A DNA stretch of 64,000 nt from Macrostomum lignano. Lineage: Eukaryota. A program made the translations under genes and the position numbers. A model generated the notes under the pieces. It saw only the letters and a list, made by a program, of their open reading frames with translations. It was not told the origin of the DNA and ran no database searches. The DNA lies in assembly GCA_002269645.1 (NCBI GenBank), contig NIVC01001271.1:114633-178632 (forward strand). The letters are read 5' to 3'. The stretch's first letter is position 1; each line of letters starts with the position of its first letter. Below are positions 48,308 to 58,200 of the stretch, piece after piece.

Positions 48308-49657
48308 CTAATCAGTGCCGCTGGTGTTGCAGCTCACGTGGTACCAGGTGATGGCATCCATCAGGTTCGGGTCCGTGCCCTTCACGCACTGGCAGTCGGC
48401 GCCTCTCACCTTCATGGTGGCTCCCGGCTCGTAGAACACATTGCGACCCTCGGCCTCGTTCCACACCTCGCAGCCATTGAGGCGGCACACCCACTCGGTC
48501 TGGTCGCTGCGCCGGCGGCCAAGGATGTAGGCGAAGCCGCACCTGCACAGGTCGTTGCCGACCGTCTTCTCGGCGCCGTACGTGTCGCACGGCTCACCGC
48601 AGCTGGCCACGGCGAACAGGCTGCGGGTTTGCGGGGTGGGGGTTAGTGTCTGGTACAGGACTTCCATTGTCCCCTGTTGGACAGGTGTCTGATACAGCTG
48701 ACTATCATTGTCATCTGTTGGACAGGTGTCTGGTACAGCTGACTATCATTGTCACCTGTTGGACAGGTGTCTGATACAGCTGACTATCATTGTCCCCTGT
48801 TGGACAGGTGTCTGATACAGCTGACTATCATTGTCACCTGTTGGACAGGTGTCTGATACAGCTGACTATCATTGTCACCTGTTGGACAGGTGTCTGGTAC
48901 AGCTGACTATCATTGTCACCTGTTGGACAGGTGTCTGATACAGCTGACTATCATTGTCACCTGTTGGACAGGTGTCTGATACAGGACTTCCAGTGTCACC
49001 TGTTGGACAGGTGTCTGATACAGCTGACTTTCATTGTCACCTGTTGGACAGGTGTCTGATACAGCTGACTTTCGTTGTCACCTGATGGACAGGTGTCTGG
49101 TACAGCTGACTTCCAGTGTCACTTGTTGGACAGGTGTCTGGTACAGGACTTCCAGTGTCACCTGTTGGACAGGTGTCTGGTACAGGACTTCCAGTGTCAC
49201 CTGTTGGACAGGTGTCTGGTACAGCTGACTTCCAGTGTCACTTGTTGGACAGGTGTCTGGTACAGGACTCCAGTGTCACCTGTTGGACAGGTGTCTGGTA
49301 CAGGACTTCCAGTGTCACCTGTTGGACAGGTGTCTGGTACAGCTGACTTCCAGTGTCACTTGTTGGACAGGTGTCTGGTACAGGACTCCAGTGTCACCTG
49401 TTGGACAGATGTCTGATACAGGACTCCCATTGTCACCTGTTGGACAGGTGTCTGATAAAGGACTCCCACTGTCACCTGTTGGACAGGTGTCTGATACAGC
49501 TGACCTCCATTGTCACCTGTTGGACAGGTGTCTGATACAGGTGTCAGTCCCAGAAGTCCTAGTCACGTCTCCTACTCATCTAAAATCCAACCAGTTAAAC
49601 AAAAGAAGCTCACCATGTCACCAGGACAGCCGCAGCTCCGAAGGTCTTGGCAATCAT
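48308..49657 (-). CDS. Small secreted Cys-rich protein, copy A (118 aa); exons 49614-49657 and 48308-48620
   Basis: MIAKTFGAAAVLVTC|LFAVASCGEPCDTYG... (signal-peptide-like). Donor tg|gtgagc and acceptor cccgcag| join in phase 2. TATAAAA at 49760-49766 on the minus strand. Confidence 0.8.
48655..49545. repeat. 38-41 bp intronic minisatellite (cctgttggacaggtgtctgatacagctgactatcattgtca), copy A
   Basis: About 22 units. Each carries the hairpin cacctgt-tgg-acaggtg. Confidence 0.95.
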
Positions 49658-50237
49658 ATCGATGGCTGTGGAGTTTCTGCAGAATATTTCTCTGTAGAAG
49701 GCTTTACTTGTCTCGTTGCAGAGCAAAGTTTGTCTCAATGGGCAGCAGGACCTGCTTATTTTTATAGACTCTGGCACGTTGACAATGCACTGCGTTATTT
49801 GGGGAGCAGGTCGGTTCTTTAATTATTTAGTAATTGTTTTCATTGCATAATCAGGTACCTCGATTTCTAAATATTCAGAATGTATTCAGAGAACACAATA
49901 AATTGCTAGTCATAGCCAACACAGATACATGTAAGAAAACATAATGGATTGCTAGACTAGCCAAACACAGATAGGAGAGAAGAATGGATTGCTAGACTCT
50001 GCACAAGATTACAAAAGAGATTATTAACAAATTCGTTTTTGCTTGTCCTTCAAAGAACTAAAACTTTATTTAAAGATTATTAAAATTCTTTAAACTGATA
50101 GATCTGCCCGATCCAGCACTTGCTGCACACTATTTAGAAATCGAGGTACCCTGATTATGCAATGAAAACAATTGATAAATAATTAAAGAAGCAACCTGCC
50201 CATCCATAACGCAGTGACGTGTCAACGTGCCAGAGTC

Positions 50238-50244
50238 TATAAAA
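50238..50244 (+). promoter_or_regulatory. Putative TATA box of copy B
   Basis: TATAAAA about 110 bp upstream of the ATG at 50347, mirrored in copy A. Confidence 0.5.
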
Positions 50245-50346
50245 ATAAGCAGGTCCTGCTGCCCATTGAGACAAAATTAGCTCTGCAACGAGACAAGTAA
50301 AGCCTTCTACAGAGAAATATTCTGCAGAAACTCCACAGCCATCGAT

Positions 50347-51527
50347 ATGATTGCCAAGACCTTCGGAGCTGCGGCTGTCCTGGTGACATGGTGAGCTTCT
50401 TTTGTTTAACTGGTTGGATTTTAGATGAGTAGGAGACGTGACTAGGACTTCTGGGACTGACACCTGTCCAACAGGTGACAATGGAAGTCCTGTATCAGAC
50501 ACCTGTCCAACAGGTGACAATGAAAGTCCTGTATCAGACACCTGTCCAACAGGTGACAATGGAAGTCCTGTACCAGACACCTGTCCAACAGGTGACAATG
50601 AAAGTCAGCTGTATCAGACATCTGTCCATCAGGTGACAACGAAAGTCAGCTGTATCAGACACCTGTCCAACAGGTGACAATGAAAGTCAGCTGTATCAGA
50701 CATCTGTCCATCAGGTGACAACGAAAGTCAGCTGTATCAGACACCTGTCCAACAGGTGACAATGAAAGTCAGCTGTATCAGACATCTGTCCATCAGGTGA
50801 CAACGAAAGTCAGCTGTATCAGACACCTGTCCAACAGGTGACAATGAAAGTCAGCTGTATCAGACACCTGTCCAACAGGTGACACTGGAAGTCCTGTATC
50901 AGACACCTGTCCAACAGGTGACAATGATAGTCAGCTGTACCAGACACCTGTCCAACAGGTGACAATGAAAGTCAGCTGTATCAGACACCTGTCCAACAGG
51001 TGACACTGGAAGTCCTGTATCAGACACCTGTCCAACAGGTGACAATGATAGTCAGCTGTACCAGACACCTGTCCAACAGGTGACAATGATAGTCAGCTGT
51101 ATCAGACACCTGTCCAACAGGTGACAATGATAGTCAGCTGTATCAGACACCTGTCCAACAGGGGACAATGGAAGTCCTGTACCAGACACTAACCCCCACC
51201 CCGCAAACCCGCAGCCTGTTCGCCGTGGCCAGCTGCGGTGAGCCGTGCGACACGTACGGCGCCGAGAAGACGGTCGGCAACGACCTGTGCAGGTGCGGCT
51301 TCGCCTACATCCTTGGCCGCCGGCGCAGCGACCAGACCGAGTGGGTGTGCCGCCTCAATGGCTGCGAGGTGTGGAACGAGGCCGAGGGTCGCAATGTGTT
51401 CTACGAGCCGGGAGCCACCATGAAGGTGAGAGGCGCCGACTGCCAGTGCGTGAAGGGCACGGACCCGAACCTGATGGATGCCATCACCTGGTACCACGTG
51501 AGCTGCAACACCAGCGGCACTGATTAG
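50347..51527 (+). CDS. Small secreted Cys-rich protein, copy B (118 aa); exons 50347-50390 and 51215-51527
   Basis: The translation matches copy A. Same splice sites (gtgagc donor at 50391, cgcag acceptor ending at 51214). Confidence 0.8.
50455..51190. repeat. 38-41 bp intronic minisatellite, copy B (shorter array)
   Basis: Reverse complement of the 48655-49545 array, about 18 units. Confidence 0.95.
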
Positions 51528-52237
51528 GAGGCTGGTGTGGTCATTGGGTCTTTAAACTGACTGATGCGGTACATCCTTGACTGACGGGTGACGGTTTGAT
51601 TTTAAATTTCATTTTAATCACTCAGTCATGTTATTTTTTTATTGTATATTGTGTAGGCTATATACTAGCAATCTACTGTTGTTTACTGTCCGTGAATTAG
51701 TCACTTCCTATCAGTGCTTAAATATAATGAGTATGATTAATTGATTTGATAATACCATAGTAATAAATAAATAATAATAAACAATACTATCCATTGCCAA
51801 GTATATAATTATAATAGTACGTATTTAAAGTAAATTTAAACGAAAGTCAAGGTCAAAATGCTTAAATTTTAATCACAGCATCAGTAAAAGCAACGAATCC
51901 GTAGTTAGTGTAAACTTGCCTCTATATATTTTATTGCTCAATTTTGTTTAACTGCAGCAAAAAAATTAACAAAAGAAGCGATAAGGCAGCAGGTTACAAA
52001 AGTATAAAATTTGAGACTAGAAGCTTTGATTAGGATTTGATAATTGACTTCTATGGTAAAAATCAAGTTTGACAGCACAAGCGGCTAAAAATAACAATAT
52101 TGAAATTATTGAAAAAATGGATTATTGCACGTTTAAGATACAGAAATTTCATTTTAGAGAAATTTTATCAACAAATATTCGTTCATTGCACAGAAAACAC
52201 TTGGATAGCTGGACCGTTATGGCACATTCAGTGTCGG

Positions 52238-55200
52238 TTATTTCTTCTTTGCGAACCCGGTATCGAAGTCTTTTTGACTCTCCTGAAATTTAAGTGCATG
52301 CCAGACATGTCAGAAAAATAAGATAACATCGGGATCAGGTGACATCGGGATCAGGTGACATCGGGATCAGGTGACATCGGGATCAGGTGACATCGGGATC
52401 AGGTGACATCGGGATCAGGTGACATCGGGATCAGGTGACATCGGGATCAGGTGACATCGGGATCAGGTGACATCGGGATCAGGTGACATCGGGATCAGGT
52501 GACATCGGGATCAGGTGACATCGGGATCAGGTGACATCGGGATCAGGTGACATCGGGATCAGGTGACATCGGGATCAGGTGACATCGGGATCAGGTGACA
52601 TCGGGATCAGGTGACATCGGGATCAGGTGACATCGGGATCAGGTGACATCGGGATCAGGTGACATCGGGATCAGGTGACATCGGGATCAGGTGACATCGG
52701 GATCAGGTGACATCGGGATCAGGTGACATCGGGATCAGGTGACATCGGGATCAGGTGACATCGGGATCAGGTGACATCGGGATCAGGTGACATCGGGATC
52801 AGGTGACATCGGGATCAGGTGACATCGGGATCAAATGTTCTCTTGCCTCCGCTAGCTCGACCAGGCGTTGCAGAGCCTCCTCGCTGAGGTCAAAGTCCTC
52901 CACTACGGACCAGGTGCCCTTCGGCTGAAATCTGACTGGAAAGCTGAACACCACGCCCTCCGGGATGCCGTACCAGCCTGGGGGTTTTTTGCATGGTTCA
53001 AAATCATTGCCTTGAAGCAAGCGAATAAAACTTAAGAAATAAATCATTAGTACAGGAGGGAGAACTCAGTCACATTGGTACAGGATCAGTGGGAGAACTC
53101 AGTCACATTGGTACAGGATCAGTGGGAGAACTCAGTCACATTGGTACAGGATCAGTGGGAGAACTCAGTCACATTGGTACAGGAACAGGATCAGTGGGAG
53201 AACTCAGTCACATTGGTACAGGATCAGTGGGAGAACTCAGTCACATTGGTACAGGATCAGTGGGAGAACTCAGTCACATTGGTACAGGATCAGTGGGAGA
53301 ACTCAGTCACATTGGTACAGGATCAGTGGGAGAACTCAGTCACATTGGTACAGGATAAGTGGGAGAACTCAGTCACATTGGTACAGAAGCCGGAGCAGTG
53401 CTCACCCTTGGATGCGATGCCCAGCGAGGTGACGCCGCCTCCGGCCGCCTGTCCGAGCCACCAATCTCGTAGGGTGTCGGCCGTGGCCCGGGCGAGGCTG
53501 GCCGCAAAGTGTCCGGCCGCCTTGCCGTCGGTCGGCCAGAGACTCTCGGCCTGCCGCTTGGCCAGCAGCCTGGGCAGATCGGTCTGGACCCATTCCTGGT
53601 CCCACAACGGCTCGGACAGTGGCCGCTTGTACCAATCTGGCCCGGTCACGGCGCCAGTCTCCTCGCCGCCCAGGTTGGCGCGGTCCAGCTCCGGCCAGTG
53701 GCCGCCGGCCGGGTCACCCCAGATGACCAGGTCGCCCACGCATGCCGGATTCACCTCGTAGCGGCCCTGGCCGAGCCGGGCGGCTACGGCGCCCTTGGCC
53801 CAGCGCTCCATCAGGCGCGGAGTGGCGGCCACCCTGTCCGGGTGTGGGGCCGAGGGGCCACCGCCGCGGGCCCGGCCAGCCGCGGACCATTCGAGAAGGA
53901 CGCGAGCGCCGAAGTTCACCGGGGCGCGGCCGGAGACGAGGATTCTGGGATGGGGTGGTCGGGGTATTTGAGCGATTGGGAAACTGATCTCTAGTTAGCT
54001 GGTTAGTGGGGGGCCGTAGCCCAGTGATGAGTTAGCGGCCCAGGCTCGATTCCAAGTGCAGTCACCATTAATTTGAGGCTAAATTGGAATCTCGGCTTGG
54101 CTCTGTTCGTGCAATTAACGCCCTTGAGGACCAACCCCCAAGGCACAGTGAAGTGTACATGCCTAACGATAAATAAAGTTAGGGCCGCTGTACACTCCTG
54201 TGTGAGTGTGTGCCTGCTCAGGGGAGTCGGCGGAATGGGCAGTAATGCCTCTCGCCGGTTGTGTGACAATGTCGCTTAAAGTGCGCCAGGGTGCACATGG
54301 CCCTCTGCCTGTGATAACAAAGGAAGCATGCAGCATCATCAGCAGCAGCACCTCCAGCACCGGCTGCGGGCAGTGCGACTCGACGCGGATGATGCGGCCT
54401 GCCAGCTGGAGCCGCCGACGGCAGTTACTAATCCTACAGATTAAAATTACATGTACCTAATGGATTTCAGGTAACGTAGTTTAGCAGTGCTCTCACCGAA
54501 TGCCGGCGGGCCCGCCGCAGCCAGCCGCCTGGATGGCGGCCGCGTACTCCGCATACAGACTGGCGTAGCGCCTCAGCCAATGGGAGCGAGCCTCGCCCTG
54601 ATTGGCTGGCGAGTCACCCGACGCTGCTGACTGCGACGGCTCGAGTTCGTCCAGCAACACCAGCAGTTCGGCGCCGGCCAGCGCGTCTGCGAGACTTCGC
54701 GTGCATCTGATGGAGCGGACAAGCGGCTGGGCCAGGTCCGTGACTTCCATGGCCAGACCCTTGGTAATTTGAGGAGTGAGTGTTGAGTTTTTTAAGTTAT
54801 TTCGTTCACAAATATTTATTTAGGGGCGTAGCCAGGGAGGGGCAAGGGCTGTACTTCCATCTCCCTAACCGGATGGCAAAGTCTATGGCGCCCCTGGTGC
54901 TAAAGCCTCTGGTGCTGGCGCCCCTGGTGCTAAAGGCCTTCAAATTAAATGGCACTCCCTCCCTTAAAAATTCTGGCTAAGCCCCCATATCATATTAACA
55001 AACTAAACGCATTGCGGTATACAAATAGAAAAACAAAATTAATGTGAGTCCAACAAACAATTACGAGTATTTTTGACTTGCCTTGATTTGTGAATAAAAA
55101 ATGGAGGTAGCGCAAAGCCAACTTGCATACCATGTTGATGTAATTGCCTCCCGTGTAACAATCAGTCTCAAAAACTGCACAGGTTTTTATTGTTGCCATT

Positions 55201-58200
55201 TTAGCAGTTTCAAGATACTATTTAAAAAAGGTTCATAATTTTTATACCTGGCTTCTAATTAGTATCTCTTCATTCAATGGATATTGAGATAGACACTTGG
55301 GATGTCTTGACAGAAAACTAATTATACCTTATCTTCATATCTCCTGTCTCACCTATCTTTCCCCTAACTCTCCCCTACCTCTCCCCTATCTCTCCCTACC
55401 TCTCCCCTACATCTCCCCTACCTCTCCCCTACATCTCCTCTACCTCTCCCCTACCTCTCCCCTAACTCTCCCCTACCTCTCCCCTACATCTCCCCTACCT
55501 CTCCCCTACCTCTCCCCTACATCTCCTCTACCTCTCCCCTACCTCTCCCCTAACTCTCCCCTACCTCTCCCCTACATCTCCCCTACCTCTCCTCTACCTC
55601 TCCCCTACCTCTCCCCTACCTCTCCCCTACCTCTCCCCTACATCTCCTCTACCTCTCCCCTACCTCTCCTCTACCTCTCCCCTACCTCTCCCCTACCTCT
55701 CCCCTACATCTCCTCTACCTCTCCCCTACCTCTCCCCTACCTCTCCCCTACCTCTCCCCTACATCTCCCCTACCTCTCCTCTACCTCTCCCCTACCTCTC
55801 CCCTACCTCTCCCCTAACTCTCCCCTACCTCTCCCCTACCTCTCCCCTATCTCTCCCCTACCTCTCCCCTACATCTCCCCTACATCTCCCCTACCTCTCC
55901 CCTACATCTCCCTACATCTCCCCTACATCTCCCCTACCTCTCCCTACATCTCCCCTACATCTCCCCTACATCTCCTCTACCTCTCCCCTACCTCTCCCTA
56001 CCTCTCCCCTACATCTCCCCTACCTCTCCCTAACTCTCCCTACCTCTCCCCTATCTCTCCCTACCTCTCCCCTATCTCTCCCTACCTCTCCCCTACATCT
56101 CCCCTACCTCTCCCCTACATCTCCTCTACCTCTCCCCTACCTCTCCCCTACCTCTCCCTACCTCTCCCCTACATCTCCCCTACCTCTCCTCTACCTCTCC
56201 CCTACCTCTCCCCTACCTCTCCCCTAACTCTCCCCTACCTCTCCCCTACCTCTCCCCTATCTCTCCCCTACCTCTCCCCTACATCTCCCCTACATCTCCC
56301 CTACCTCTCCCCTACATCTCCCCTACATCTCCCCTACATCTCCTCTACCTCTCCCCTACCTCTCCCCTACCTCTCCCCTACATCTCCCCTACCTCTCCCC
56401 TACATCTCCCCTACCTCTCCCCTACCTCTCCCCTACCTCTCCCCTACATCTCCTCTACCTCTCCCCTACCTCTCCCCTACCTCTCCCCTAACTCTCCCCT
56501 ACCTCTCCCTATCTCTCCCCTACCTCTCCCCTATCTCTCCCCTACCTCTCCCCTACATCTCCCCTACATCTCCCCTACATCTCCTCTACCTCTCCCCTAC
56601 CTCTCCCTACCTCTCCCCTACATCTCCCCTACCTCTCCCCTACATCTCCCCTACCTCTCCCCTACCTCTCCCCTACCTCTCCCCTACATCTCCTCTACCT
56701 CTCCCCTACCTCTCCCCTACCTCTCCCCTAAATCTCCCCTACCTCTCCCCTATCTCTCCCCTACCTCTCCCCTATCTCTCCCCTACCTCTCCCTTACATC
56801 TCCCCTACCTCTCCCCTACATCTCCTCTACCTCTCCCCTACCTCTCCCCTACCTCTCCCCTACCTCTCCCCTACATCTCCCCTACCTCTCCTCTACCTCT
56901 CCCCTACCTCTCCCCTACCTCTCCCCTAACTCTCCCCTACCTCTCCCCTACCTCTCCCCTATCTCTCCCCTACCTCTCCCCTACATCTCCCCTACATCTC
57001 CCCTACCTCTCCCCTACATCTCCCCTACATCTCCCCTACCTCTCCCCTACATCTCCTCTACCTCTCCCCTACCTCTCCCCTACATCTCCCCTACCTCTCC
57101 CCTACATCTCCCCTACCTCTCCCTACCTCTCCCCTACCTCTCCCCTAACTCTCCCCTACATCTCCCCTATCTCTCCCCTACCTCTCCCCTACATCTCCCC
57201 TACATCTCCCCTACATCTCCTCTACCTCTCCCCTACCTCTCCCCTACCTCTCCCCTACCTCTCCCCTACCTCTCCCTACCTCTCCCCTACATCTCCTCTA
57301 CCTCTCCCCTACCTCTCCCCTACCTCTCCCCTACATCTCCCCTACCTCTCCCCTACATCTCCTCTACCTCTCCCTACATCTCCCCTACCTCTCCCCTACA
57401 TCTCCCTATCTGTCCCCTACCTCTCCCCTACCTCTCCCTATCTGTCCCTATCTGTCCCCTATATTTCCCTTATCTCTCCCCTATCTCTCCTCTACCTCTC
57501 CCCTACCTCTCCCCTACCTCTCCCCTAACTCTCCCCTACCTCTCCCCTATCTCTCCCCTACCTCTCCCCTATCTCTCCCCTACCTCTCCCCTACATCTCC
57601 TCTACCTCTCCCCTACCTCTCCCCTACCTCTCCCCTACCTCTCCCCTACATCTCCCCTACCTCTCCCTACCTCTCCCCTACCTCTCCCCTACTCTCCCCT
57701 ACATCTCCCCTATCTCTCCCTATCTCTCCCTACCTCTCCCCTACATCTCCCCTACATCTCCCCTACCTCTCCCCTACATCTCCCCTACATCTCCCCTACA
57801 TCTCCTCTACCTCTCCCCTACCTCTCCCCTACCTCTCCCCTACATCTCCCCTACCTCTCCCCTACATCTCCCCTACCTCTCCCCTACCTCTCCCCTAACT
57901 CTCCCCTACCTCTCCCCTACATCTCCTCTACCTCTCCCCTACCTCTCCCCTACCTCTCCCCTACCTCTCCCCTACATCTCCCCTACCTCTCCTCTACCTC
58001 TCCCCTACCTCTCCCCTACCTCTCCCCTAACTCTCCCCTACCTCTCCCCTACCTCTCCCCTATCTCTCCCCTACCTCTCCCCTACATCTCCCCTACATCT
58101 CCCCTACCTCTCCCCTACATCTCCCCTACATCTCCCCTACATCTCCTCTACCTCTCCCCTACCTCTCCCCTACCTCTCCCCTACATCTCCCCTACCTCTC

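Larger units (their letters stand above)
48204..51631. repeat. Large inverted duplication (arms about 48204-49873 and 50131-51631, unique spacer of about 257 bp)
   Basis: The 3' flank, exon 2, intronic minisatellite, exon 1 and promoter are all mirrored. Confidence 0.95.

Noticed and set aside
48655-51190. CRISPR-like hairpin repeats of about 40 bp
   Set aside because: The units are contiguous with no unique spacers, there are no cas genes, and the context is a eukaryotic intron.
54008-54060. Possible tRNA gene
   Set aside because: It has A/B-box-like motifs but no complete cloverleaf and continues into a multi-copy SINE body.
54320-54440. GC-rich exon-like segment in the MDH1B intron
   Set aside because: MDH1B homology runs directly from 54497 to 53944 in a consistent phase, and this segment does not match the family.
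55297-57528. 743-aa Pro/Ser/Leu/Tyr-rich ORF (extensin-like)
   Set aside because: It is a translation of the 11-bp satellite on the strand opposite MDH1B, inside an intron. It is stop-free only because the strand lacks G.
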